Source: a virus
Strand: one strand, 5' to 3'
Length of the DNA: 33,516 bases
Virus genome (UHGV): UHGV-1464328
Shown: positions 17,281 to 25,267 of the stretch, one piece after another
Layout of the letters: each line of letters begins with the position of its first letter
How positions within the stretch are numbered: position 1 is the stretch's first letter
Program-made: the position numbers and the translations under genes
The notes under the pieces: model-generated
Told to the model about the DNA's origin: nothing
Seen by the model: the letters and a program-made list of their open reading frames with translations, nothing else
Database searches by the model: none

Positions 17281-17283
17281 CGT

Positions 17284-17769
17284 ATGACATTATATGAAAT
17301 GCTCCGCTTTGATGAAGGCGAGAAACTACAAGTTTATAAAGACACCGAAGGATATTGGACTATTGGTATTGGTCATTTATTGACTAAGAACCCATCTAAG
17401 GAACAAGCCATCGCTTGTCTTGATAAAGAACTAAAACGAGTTACTTCTGGCGTTATCTCAAAATCAGAGTCAGAACAGCTGTTCAATCAGGACACCTCTA
17501 GGGCACTCCAGGACATTTCCCGCTCAGAATTGAGTTCCATATACATTCAAATGAATGGACCTCGTAGGGCTGCTCTGGTGAACATGGTGTTCCAGTTAGG
17601 GCTCACTGGTGTGTTGAAGTTCACTAAGATGGTTAAGTACCTCAAAGCACAAAATTATGAAGCAGCTGCTGATGAGTCATTGGATAGTCGTTGGGCAAGA
17701 CAGACACCTAATCGTGCTCGTCGTGTATCTGAGGTTATTCGGACAGGAACCTTTAGTTCTTACAGTTGA
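17284..17769 (+). CDS. Endolysin, T4 lysozyme (GH24) family, 161 aa.
   Basis: [35 protein letters not shown] matches T4 e [35 protein letters not shown]. Glu11, Asp20 and Thr26 are conserved. C-terminal NRARRV matches NRAKRV. Confidence 0.95.
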   Translation: [161 protein letters not shown]

Positions 17770-17777
17770 TAAATACA
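17766..17777 (+). promoter_or_regulatory. Late-promoter-like motif TTGATAAATACA, 27 nt upstream of the ATG at 17805.
   Basis: Overlaps the lysozyme stop codon. RBS AAAGGTAAAATAAATG downstream. Confidence 0.5.
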
Positions 17778-17804
17778 CCTATAAACTAACTAAAGGTAAA
17801 ATAA

Positions 17805-18119
17805 ATGTCTAAATTTAACTTCGAAGAAATGATTGCTGCTCTTAGCCCTAAACGTGAAGCAGTAGAACTTAATGGCTTTAAATTCTATGCTCGTCCAATG
17901 ACTGTATCTGAATTTGGTGAAGCTTTCTATCAGGGTAAAGATAAAGAAGACCGAAACGACATCATGATTTTGGAATGCATCGAACATGAAGATGGTTCTA
18001 AAGTTTTCGAATCTGTTGAACAGGTAAAGGCTCTTTATACTACTGTTCGTGCTCAACTCGCTAGTGCTGTTACTCGTGCAAGTATCTTTACTGAAACTGT
18101 AGAAGAACTGGAAAAGTAA
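17805..18119 (+). CDS. Tail assembly chaperone (gpG-like), 104 aa.
   Basis: Small acidic protein immediately upstream of the tape measure. Followed by an RBS-less ORF in the -1 frame. Confidence 0.6.
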   Translation: MSKFNFEEMIAALSPKREAVELNGFKFYARPMTVSEFGEAFYQGKDKEDRNDIMILECIEHEDGSKVFESVEQVKALYTTVRAQLASAVTRASIFTETVEELEK

Positions 18120-18502
18120 TACGCGCCAACGATTTTTTAATGTTCAAATTCAGGACCATGATGCGTAAAGGACTCACTGGAGATGAAATACTCTCCATGA
18201 GTATGAAAGAATTCTACATGATATATCTGTTCGATACTTTCATTGAGCCTCAAGGTCCTGTCATGAACGATTTCTATCAGGCGCGTCTGGCGCATAGTGT
18301 AATAGCTTCTAATCCTAATCTTACTGCTGAAGGCCGTAAGAAAATCAATATGAAAGATTTCTATCTGTTGAAGGATAAAGTATTCAAAAGTCCTGAAGAA
18401 CTTCAAAAAGAAAAACAGAAAGAGCAAGAACGTAAACGAAAAGCTCTTGAAAGTATGTTTGAACCTGAACTTCTGGCTAAAGCTAGAAAGTCAATCAAAT
18501 AA
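18095..18502 (+). CDS. -1 frame extension ORF (gpT-like part of a G/GT frameshift chaperone). The ATG-initiated ORF at 18140 (120 aa) has no RBS.
   Basis: The -1 frame is open from 18095. Candidate slip at GAA-AAG-TAA (18111-18119), Lys-tRNA on A-AAG at the stop codon. C-terminus is basic and coiled-coil-like. Confidence 0.45.
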   Translation, partial: NCRRTGKVIRANDFLMFKFRTMMRKGLTGDEILSMSMKEFYMIYLFDTFIEPQGPVMNDFYQARLAHSVIASNPNLTAEGRKKINMKDFYLLKDKVFKSPEELQKEKQKEQERKRKALESMFEPELLAKARKSIK

Positions 18503-18511
18503 GGTGGAATA

Positions 18512-20776
18512 ATGGCACGTTCTAGATATGACGTAGAAATTAATGGCGACAACAAAGGTCTAACAACGGCCGTTAATAAATCTATGGATGAACTGAACAA
18601 ACTCAATGAGGTCGCCGGAGGGTTGTTCAGTAATTTAACCGGACCACTTGGTAGTCTCCAGGGTGGTATTAACACCATCAACACAATGAACCCTGCTTTA
18701 CGTGCTCTTGGCGTAGCAGGGTTAGCGGCTGGTGCTGGACTCGCAGCAATCAATAAAGCAGCGGATACAGTTAATACGCTTAATCAGATTAGTACAAACA
18801 CAGGTGTATCTGTTGAGATGCTTCAAAAACTCCAGAATCAGTTCAAAGATACTGGGATGGAAGCTGAGAAGTTCGGTGATATCAACAAAGATGCAATGGA
18901 TAAACTTGGTGACTCATTCAGAAACGGTGGCGGTGGCGTAGCTGATGACCTGAAAGAATGGGGTATAGAACTACAAGAATATACCAAATATGCTGGTGAT
19001 GCTGAAGGTGGTATCAAAGCTGTAATTGATACTTTCTATAAAATGAAAGAAGCTGGTAAATCTCATGCTGAAATCACTAACGCAATGGAAACAATGGCGA
19101 GTGATTCAAGTCATTTAATTACGACTCTTGAGAAGTACAGTTCTACACAAGAAGCCCTTAACAGTATTAATAGACAACACGCTAATATTACTAAAGAAAC
19201 TTCTGAGGAATATAAGAACTTCCAGAAGAACATCAACACCTTGAATAATAATATTCAGGACTTAACTGTTCAAGCTGTAACTCCATTAGTTGCTGAAATC
19301 AATGACCTTTGGTCGTTGTTTAACAAAGAGTGGACCAAGAGCGATATCATGGACGCTCTTAAACAGTTCTGGTACGGCGGTGATACGGCTATTGCAAAGC
19401 TTAACCGTTGGGTTGATGGCGTTGATGAAGAAGGATATAGCACAGCTTCTAAGCAACGCGCCGCAAATCTTAAACAGATGGCAGCTGATTTAGCTAGTGA
19501 TGTTAAAACATCTGTTGACCAAGCCGAAGAAGCAACTGCTGCTCAGAAGAACATCCTTAAGAAACAGCAAGAAGAAAAAGATAAAGCTGATGCTAAGGCT
19601 AAAGCCGCGCGTGATAAGGCTCTTGCTGACGCTAAGCGTAACGCAGCTGAGCAATTAAGAGTTCAACAAGAACTTCTTAAAGGTCTACAGTCATTATCTG
19701 AGTCTTCGTCTGGTGCTAATCTGATTGATTATAACGCTGAGGGAATTAAGTTAATCCAGAACGTTAACACTCAGGCAGAGTTATTCAAAAATATAATGAA
19801 GAACCTCACTGACGAGTATAAAAATTCGTTCAGAGAAATGAGTGGTAAAGAACTTGGTGATAGTCTTACTAAGTTAAAAGACTATTACAGTACTCGCGAG
19901 TTACTTCTTAAACAGTCTCTTGAAAATCAGAAAATCGCTCAGAAGCAGTACAATGAAGAAGTTCAGAGAATGCAGGCTGAACAGAAAGCTATTGAAGATG
20001 CTCAACAAGGGATAGATGGAAAAGGAAATCAACTAAAAGACCTGTCGAGTATTGGCTTTACTACTTCAGACGAAGAAATTCAGCTCCAGCAGCAGAAACT
20101 TCATGAGCAATTCCAGATGATGTACGAGAACAACCAGTCGATGTATGAAGCTGGTCTGGTACAGCATGATGATTTTCTTAAACAGAAACAACGTCTTGAC
20201 CAAGCGTATGCTATTAAATCTCAAGCTATTGAACGTCAATCTGCACAGCAGAAACTTCAAATCGCTAATGATTTAACTTCTGGCATAAGCTCGGCTATGA
20301 CAGGTATGTTAGGTGAGAACAACAAAGCTGCTCAAGCAATGTTTGCAGTGTCTAAAGGAGTGGCTATTGCAAATGGTATGATGAACGCTCATGAGTCTGC
20401 TACGACTGCTATGGCCAAATATCCAGGACCACTAGGGTATGCGCTCGCAGCTTCATCATACGCTCGTGTTCTTACTGAAGTAATGCAGATGAAATCTATG
20501 TCTCTCGGTCAATTCCATGATGGTATCGATAATGTTCCTAACACAGGTACTTATCTGTTACAAGAGGGTGAGCGAGTAGTAGATAATCGGTTGAACCAAG
20601 ACCTAAAAGACTTCTTAGGCAAACAAGAAACTGGAAAAACAGACAGTCAACCAATCGATGCATCTATCAATATCAGTGGTTCTGTTAATGGTGAACGTGA
20701 GTTAATGCAGATAATGAAACGTCAACAAAAAATCCTAGCTGATATTGTTCAAGATGCTAATCGGCGTAGAATGTAA
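18512..20776 (+). CDS. Tail tape measure protein, 754 aa.
   Basis: Position after the G/GT pair. Long Ala/Gln/Lys/Glu-rich helical central region (AKAKAARDKALADAKRNAAEQLRVQQELLK). Gly-rich N-terminal part. RBS AAGGTGG. Confidence 0.8.
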   Translation: MARSRYDVEINGDNKGLTTAVNKSMDELNKLNEVAGGLFSNLTGPLGSLQGGINTINTMNPALRALGVAGLAAGAGLAAINKAADTVNTLNQISTNTGVSVEMLQKLQNQFKDTGMEAEKFGDINKDAMDKLGDSFRNGGGGVADDLKEWGIELQEYTKYAGDAEGGIKAVIDTFYKMKEAGKSHAEITNAMETMASDSSHLITTLEKYSSTQEALNSINRQHANITKETSEEYKNFQKNINTLNNNIQDLTVQAVTPLVAEINDLWSLFNKEWTKSDIMDALKQFWYGGDTAIAKLNRWVDGVDEEGYSTASKQRAANLKQMAADLASDVKTSVDQAEEATAAQKNILKKQQEEKDKADAKAKAARDKALADAKRNAAEQLRVQQELLKGLQSLSESSSGANLIDYNAEGIKLIQNVNTQAELFKNIMKNLTDEYKNSFREMSGKELGDSLTKLKDYYSTRELLLKQSLENQKIAQKQYNEEVQRMQAEQKAIEDAQQGIDGKGNQLKDLSSIGFTTSDEEIQLQQQKLHEQFQMMYENNQSMYEAGLVQHDDFLKQKQRLDQAYAIKSQAIERQSAQQKLQIANDLTSGISSAMTGMLGENNKAAQAMFAVSKGVAIANGMMNAHESATTAMAKYPGPLGYALAASSYARVLTEVMQMKSMSLGQFHDGIDNVPNTGTYLLQEGERVVDNRLNQDLKDFLGKQETGKTDSQPIDASINISGSVNGERELMQIMKRQQKILADIVQDANRRRM

Positions 20777-20798
20777 AAGGGACCTACGGGTCCCTTTT
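20777..20798 (+). terminator. Rho-independent terminator aagggacc-UACG-ggtccctt plus tttt.
   Basis: Same conserved stem as the terminators at 6635, 13136 and 15986. Confidence 0.8.
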
Positions 20799-20833
20799 GT
20801 AATTATTTGAACGCTAACTAATTGGTGGGATCT

Positions 20834-21463
20834 ATGTTAGATAATTTGGTCAAGTCCCAATTGCTTAGGGCAGATCTTGTAGCTGCAGATGAGCATTTCG
20901 TTGCGCACGGATACACCGGTATGACGGGGATAGTTCTACTCAAATCAGCATTAGTGGCAGTGTCGAATCTGGTTGATTTTGAATCATCAATTAGTCGTTT
21001 GTACAAGGAAGCACCACATCTATCGGAGATCTACAAAACTGCTTCTAAGGAGTTTAAGTTCGCTAAGTACTTACGTAATAAATTTGCAGCGCATATACAT
21101 CCTGAATTATTAGCCAAGGCTATAGAGTGGAAGCCTGAGCTTAGGTTCCTCGCAGATAGAATGGATGAACAACAAATCATGCAGTTTTGCAATCTTTGCG
21201 TACTCGAAACAGCAATAAACACATATGTTGATCAAAGCGGAGATCATCTGGTTTTTGACTCCGAGACTGACTTATTCTTCCCGAATGACACTGAGCGTTT
21301 CAGCAGGTTTTTAGAGAAAGTAATTAGAACAGGAATTCAGTATCTTACTGAACTGGGAGTTGTGCTAAGAAGTAAAATAGATAAGCCAGCAGAAGGGTTA
21401 GAGTCTCTTGAGTATTGGAAAACTGCGGGATTAACAGAGTTCAATTTTATTGCTAAACAATAA
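20834..21463 (+). CDS. Hypothetical accessory protein, 209 aa. It contains an Rx5H (RNKFAAH) motif of the HEPN type, but this is weak evidence.
   Basis: ATG at 20834 has RBS GGTGGGA. The track ORF begins at an upstream TTG (20822). No late motif upstream. Confidence 0.55.
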   Translation: MLDNLVKSQLLRADLVAADEHFVAHGYTGMTGIVLLKSALVAVSNLVDFESSISRLYKEAPHLSEIYKTASKEFKFAKYLRNKFAAHIHPELLAKAIEWKPELRFLADRMDEQQIMQFCNLCVLETAINTYVDQSGDHLVFDSETDLFFPNDTERFSRFLEKVIRTGIQYLTELGVVLRSKIDKPAEGLESLEYWKTAGLTEFNFIAKQ

Positions 21464-21478
21464 GGGACAATGTCCCTT
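21462..21478. terminator. Short hairpin aaggga-caatg-tccctt between convergent genes. Weak bidirectional terminator.
   Basis: Seen directly. Poor U tract. Confidence 0.35.
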
Positions 21479-21512
21479 ATCATATAGTTATAGGTTATTT
21501 GGAATCTGTGCC

Positions 21513-21923
21513 TTAACTGACTTTGCAGTTGTTAAGATAAACAAAACTCATTGTAGTCAAATTATCATGCATATACATTCTATCGGTGCCTTTGGCGTGT
21601 TTAAGATACCCACCAGAGCTATTGCTTGATTGGCCTACGGAATCTGAAAAACCCATTAAATTTGAGAAGCCTACAAACATAAACCCAGATTTGTTAATAA
21701 CATCTGATGAGCTAATCGAGTAGTTAAACCATAAGTAATGGTCATGTACTACAGCTGTGTCATATACAGGTTCTGCTTCTAGGTTGTGCATGTCTTTAAT
21801 TGTCGCATCGCATTGATAAGTTCTTGGTTTACCCGCCATGAATGCGAGGCCGATAGCACCTGCAATAACTATAGTGACAAGAGTCTTAATGGAATTTGAT
21901 TTTACGTTCTGACTGATGTTCAT
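21513..21923 (-). CDS. Periplasmic signal-anchored (or secreted) protein, 136 aa. Candidate superinfection-exclusion or host-surface-modifying moron.
   Basis: N-terminal KTLVTIVIAGAIGLAFMAG is a hydrophobic signal. Strong RBS AAGGAG. Has its own sigma70-like promoter. Ser/Asn-rich. Confidence 0.65.
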   Translation of the reverse strand: MNISQNVKSNSIKTLVTIVIAGAIGLAFMAGKPRTYQCDATIKDMHNLEAEPVYDTAVVHDHYLWFNYSISSSDVINKSGFMFVGFSNLMGFSDSVGQSSNSSGGYLKHAKGTDRMYMHDNLTTMSFVYLNNCKVS

Positions 21924-21945
21924 TTTGTTCTCCTTGTGTGTGCGT

Positions 21946-21974
21946 ATAATAATACATTTAAATAAAATCGTAAA
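21946..21974 (-). promoter_or_regulatory. Sigma70-like promoter on the minus strand: -35 TTTACG, 17-nt spacer, -10 TATTAT. About 23 nt upstream of the ATG at 21923.
   Basis: Reverse complement of 21946..21974. Confidence 0.4.
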
Positions 21975-22045
21975 CTTCTATTATCTTCCATTGTTCGCGA
22001 AGCAGTGATTTTTTAAAACAGTTTTAATTGAATCTATTGAGATCA

Positions 22046-22078
22046 AAGCTTTAATCAGAGACACTCTGATTAAAGCTT
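22046..22078. repeat. Perfect 15-bp inverted repeat, AAGCTTTAATCAGAG-aca-CTCTGATTAAAGCTT. Candidate protein-binding palindrome, possibly a cos- or terminase-associated site.
   Basis: Seen directly, about 210 nt upstream of the Nu1-like gene. Confidence 0.7.
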
Positions 22079-22228
22079 ATGTCGCAGGAAATGCATAATT
22101 ATTTTGGGGCACGATAAGAAGCGGGATGTTTCGGGACCGCATCCTTTAGTTGACCTGTAAAATTTTAATTCCATTGCAATTCAAGTTGGACTCCGGGGTT
22201 TACAGTCTCGTGAAATCATAGACACACG

Positions 22229-22240
22229 TTAATAAATATC
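22229..22240 (+). promoter_or_regulatory. Late-promoter-like motif TTAATAAATATC, 47 nt upstream of the ATG at 22288.
   Basis: Family consensus. Confidence 0.5.
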
Positions 22241-22287
22241 GTAGGTGTACTAAGTTATTAATTTAAATAAACTACTGGAGAAATTCT

Positions 22288-22812
22288 ATGGCTCGAAAAA
22301 AATATGTCTCGATGGCCGATATGGCTCGTCGTTATGGTTATACATTTAACGCGATTAAAGCATGGCGCGCCGAGGGTCTACCGTACTCTGAAAGTCCTAA
22401 CGGAATTCCTGAAGATGAAGGTACGCAGTGGATTATCAAAAATAAAATTGAACCGCTTCGTAATACTTCAGTTAAAGAGGAGATGGATCTTGAAAAACTC
22501 CGAGAACAAAAAGCTAAAGCTGACCTAGCTCAGTACGCTGCTCAAGAAAAATCAGGCGAGTTAATCTCAACCGATTATGTTCAATCAGAGCTTAATAAGT
22601 TCTGTGCTAACCTAAAAGATACGTTAAGACTTATTCCTTCAAAACACGCGATTGATTTGATTGAACACGCTGACTCTGTTGATGACCTCAAACAACGACT
22701 GCGTGAAATCATCGATGAAGAACTGCTAAAGGTATCAGAGCTGTTTGAGCCTGAACTTGAAAATGATGAAGAGTCAATGGTGATATCACCATTGACTTTT
22801 GATGACAACTAA
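22288..22812 (+). CDS. Small terminase subunit candidate, lambda Nu1-like N-terminal winged HTH, 174 aa.
   Basis: MADMARRYGYTFNAIKAWRAEGLP matches lambda Nu1 LADIFGASIRTIQNWQEQGMP. Coiled-coil middle and acidic C-terminus. RBS GGAG. Confidence 0.5.
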   Translation: MARKKYVSMADMARRYGYTFNAIKAWRAEGLPYSESPNGIPEDEGTQWIIKNKIEPLRNTSVKEEMDLEKLREQKAKADLAQYAAQEKSGELISTDYVQSELNKFCANLKDTLRLIPSKHAIDLIEHADSVDDLKQRLREIIDEELLKVSELFEPELENDEESMVISPLTFDDN

Positions 22813-22829
22813 TTTGAAAAAGCGGTAGA

Positions 22830-23576
22830 TTATGGCTGTGTTGCATTTTTATTTTCGTAATCAATAACGATTTCTTCTATTGCTTTGATATAACGTTCAA
22901 ATTCACTAATGACATACGGAAGAAAATCATTGCGCATTATAACAGTATCATAGTCATTAACTTCAATTCCCTGCGCTCTTCGTATAGATTTTAATAGCCG
23001 TTTCTCTTTATCTGTTTTCTTTGTTTTTTTATCTAGTGTTTCATTGTATTTTTCGGCTATACCATCATTATGAACCATAATGTTTCTCAATATTGTGAGA
23101 TGATCTGTGTCTGATAAATTTTTCGCACCGTATACTTTTTTTAGTATTTCTTGAGTTTTTTCAATAACACCCTTATTTTTGAGTTCGTCATTGTAATTGC
23201 TACGGGTTTTCAAAAAATCAAGACATCCAATCATGCGATGTTCAAATAATCCATAGATGGTAAGAAAGGCCGAACGTCGAGTAAGTTGGGTTATTAAATG
23301 CTTATACTCAGATTTTACTTCATCGTAATCAGGACCGATACATGAACCACATTCATAGTAAGTTGCTAGAAATGTATGCCATTCGCCATCAGTATCGCAG
23401 ACCTCATCGGGATACTCTCCTTCATGAACAGCCCCAGGTTGATCTGCTTCCTTAACAGCGAGAGCTATATTCTTTTCTGCTTGTTCCGCGAGCATCGTCA
23501 TCACACGAATAGAAGATGATGCTTCCCACAATTGAATTTTTATTAGAATATCTTTCATTGTTTTAATTGTATCCAT
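22830..23576 (-). CDS. Hypothetical protein, 248 aa. Cys cluster (VCDTDGEWH...ECGSC) and a C-terminal RNIMVH (Rx4H) motif.
   Basis: ORF only. No family recognised by eye. Confidence 0.55.
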   Translation of the reverse strand: MDTIKTMKDILIKIQLWEASSSIRVMTMLAEQAEKNIALAVKEADQPGAVHEGEYPDEVCDTDGEWHTFLATYYECGSCIGPDYDEVKSEYKHLITQLTRRSAFLTIYGLFEHRMIGCLDFLKTRSNYNDELKNKGVIEKTQEILKKVYGAKNLSDTDHLTILRNIMVHNDGIAEKYNETLDKKTKKTDKEKRLLKSIRRAQGIEVNDYDTVIMRNDFLPYVISEFERYIKAIEEIVIDYENKNATQP

Positions 23577-23599
23577 TAGAATGCTGTATGTGTAGAATG

Positions 23600-23615
23600 T
23601 ATCTTAATTAAGATA
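23600..23615. promoter_or_regulatory. Perfect 16-bp palindrome TATCTTAATTAAGATA, 24 nt upstream of the minus-strand start at 23576. Operator candidate.
   Basis: Seen directly. Confidence 0.5.
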
Positions 23616-23700
23616 AGCCATATCATATTCTAAAGCTATTGTCAAAAGCAAACTGTTTTGTCTAAAGCGTTATAAGTTTTTATACTTCTGGATTATTAAA

Positions 23701-23868
23701 TTATTTTAACCTCCGAGCTTTTTCTTTACACAATTTAGCAGTTATCTCCCAATACTCTGAATGTTCTTTATTATAGATTGAGCGAAGCTTGATTAGCTCT
23801 TTTACTTGATTGGAAGAGAATTGCTCAAGTTCATTAATTAGTAAGTCTACTTTCTGTTCTGTGTTCAT
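23701..23868 (-). CDS. Small hypothetical protein, 55 aa (MNTEQKVDLLINELEQF...).
   Basis: Translated by hand. RBS AAGGAAAACCAATG. Below the 60-aa cutoff of the ORF track. Confidence 0.4.
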   Translation of the reverse strand: MNTEQKVDLLINELEQFSSNQVKELIKLRSIYNKEHSEYWEITAKLCKEKARRLK

Positions 23869-23989
23869 TGGTTTTCCTTAGTGGTTTTAAGATTAGATAA
23901 ACTGGAAGTAAAGCAACAAATAATACGCTTGTGATACAGAACCATACTGCTGTTAGTACAGTGCATAGGCATCCAAAAAGAAATTTCAT
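23834..23989 (-). CDS. Small hydrophobic membrane peptide, 51 aa (MKFLFGCLCTVLTAVWFCITSVLFVALLPVYLIL...).
   Basis: RBS AGGAG 5 nt upstream of the ATG at 23989. Overlaps the next ORF by 35 nt. Confidence 0.3.
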   Translation of the reverse strand: MKFLFGCLCTVLTAVWFCITSVLFVALLPVYLILKPLRKTNEHRTESRLTN

Positions 23990-24000
23990 AAGTTCTCCTA

Positions 24001-24014
24001 GGGGCCGAAGCCCC
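24001..24014 (-). other. Intercistronic stem-loop ggggc-UUCG-gcccc (minus-strand sense) with no U tract. Processing or stability element.
   Basis: Seen directly between the Zn-ribbon gene stop and the next RBS. Confidence 0.4.
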
Positions 24015-24016
24015 TG

Positions 24017-24223
24017 TTAACGATGTGCTGTTCTAAAAGGTTGTTTAATACGATTGATAGACATATTCTGATTATAATAACCGTCTTGAATTCCTGATGG
24101 AGCATCTACAAGTTTAGTAGAGATTTTCCCACAGTCTTTGCAAGGAGCGGTTTCACGCTCAGAGATTTTTCTGATTGTCTCAAACTCACCATGAGTTGGA
24201 CAGTAATAACTATAAGTTGGCAT
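24017..24223 (-). CDS. Zn-ribbon protein (FmdB-like CPxCG...CxxCG), 68 aa.
   Basis: YYCPTHGEFE...APCKDCGK. ATG at 24223 has RBS AAGGAAAAGAATG. The track ORF starts at a TTG 9 codons upstream. Confidence 0.5.
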   Translation of the reverse strand: MPTYSYYCPTHGEFETIRKISERETAPCKDCGKISTKLVDAPSGIQDGYYNQNMSINRIKQPFRTAHR

Positions 24224-24350
24224 TCTTTTCCTTACTGAACATCTGTTCAATTGTTTCGATTAATTTAACATGTTTAAGTAGTTCGTCTTTAGATATTTCA
24301 TTGTTGAGATATTTTTCGTAGACAATATCAAGTACTTGGTCAGCGTTCAT
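24210..24350 (-). CDS. Small hypothetical protein, 46 aa (MNADQVLDIVYEKYLNNEISKDELLKHVKLIETIEQMFSKEKNANL).
   Basis: Translated by hand. Excellent RBS GGAGAAAATATG. Late-like motif 24 nt upstream. Stop overlaps the Zn-ribbon start. Confidence 0.4.
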   Translation of the reverse strand: MNADQVLDIVYEKYLNNEISKDELLKHVKLIETIEQMFSKEKNANL

Positions 24351-24374
24351 ATTTTCTCCATTGATTTGATATAG

Positions 24375-24384
24375 ATATTTATTA
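24375..24384 (-). promoter_or_regulatory. Late-promoter-like motif (minus strand: CGTAATAAATATC) upstream of the small-gene operon 24350 to 23834.
   Basis: Plus-strand atatttatta. Same strand-consistent spacing to the ATG as the other copies. Confidence 0.45.
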
Positions 24385-24394
24385 CGCTGAAACC

Positions 24395-25255
24395 TTAGAT
24401 AACTTTAAGTTCACCGGAGTTAATCTGATTTTTCTTAATGCTGTACAGCATCGGGTTATGAACGCGAAGCAAGCGAAGTTCTTCTTCGGTAATCGTCTTA
24501 ATTGTCTGAACAGGCTCTAACTTAGGAGTTTCATCGTTTGGCATTACCGGAGAAACTTCTTCAGTAACGGGTAGAACGATTTCAGGTTTTTCTTCAGGTT
24601 CAACATCAAAGTTCTCAAGTTGAGCTTCAATATCTTCTACTAAAACAGAAGAGTTAGATTTAACTGCGTTGATACGTTTGTTTCTTTCAATCTGGCTTTT
24701 GGCGTAATGTTTAGCTTGGATACGTTTAGCTTCATCACGTTCTTTATAAGCTGCGTCACGTTGAGCAACAAGGTCTTCGATTTCTTTACGTTGTTGTTCA
24801 ATGATTTTAAGTGCTTCTTCAAGAGTTAATTCAGTACTAGCGAAACTGTTAGTTAACTGTAACTCATCAACACGGTCATTAGAGTTTTCATCTTCAGTAC
24901 GCAGATTCCATACTGTACGTCCCTTAGAAGTGCTTGCAGCAGCTACCGCTCTATACTCCTCAAAGTTCTTACCATTACGATAGAACACAACACCATGAGA
25001 ACGGTTATCATCCATAAAGACGATAACGTGTTTAGTGTTTTTATCCTCCACAGAAGACTTATAACCAGCGTAGTACCAATGACCTCGACCTTTATCATCA
25101 CAGGCTTTGATACGAGCTTTGGCTGAACGGTCTTTAACAGAGCGTACTAACTCAGTACGCGTTTCAGCATATGATTTAACTACAGATACTTGGCGGTTTT
25201 CGTTGACAAAAACAACGATGTTTTTATTTGATTGGTCGAAGATTGAGATACGCAT
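24395..25255 (-). CDS. Hypothetical protein, 286 aa. N-terminal globular domain, central coiled coil (EEALKIIEQQRKEIEDLVAQRDAAYKERDEAKR), acidic Pro/Glu C-terminal tail.
   Basis: RBS AGGAAACCACAATG. No family recognised. Confidence 0.65.
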   Translation of the reverse strand: MRISIFDQSNKNIVVFVNENRQVSVVKSYAETRTELVRSVKDRSAKARIKACDDKGRGHWYYAGYKSSVEDKNTKHVIVFMDDNRSHGVVFYRNGKNFEEYRAVAAASTSKGRTVWNLRTEDENSNDRVDELQLTNSFASTELTLEEALKIIEQQRKEIEDLVAQRDAAYKERDEAKRIQAKHYAKSQIERNKRINAVKSNSSVLVEDIEAQLENFDVEPEEKPEIVLPVTEEVSPVMPNDETPKLEPVQTIKTITEEELRLLRVHNPMLYSIKKNQINSGELKVI

Positions 25256-25267
25256 TGTGGTTTCCTT

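Noticed and set aside
18137-18753. Minus-strand ORFs 18137..18427 and 18403..18753 over the chaperone/tape-measure junction.
   Set aside because: Antisense to coupled + strand tail genes.
22304-22808. ORFs 22304..22528(+) and 22581..22808(-) overlapping the Nu1-like gene.
   Set aside because: Alternative frame or antisense of a gene with a recognisable HTH signature.
20834-23576. Calling 20834..21463 and 22830..23576 HEPN-domain RNases on the basis of Rx4-6H motifs.
   Set aside because: The motif is short and expected by chance about once per protein of this size. Kept only as a low-confidence note pending profile or structure searches.
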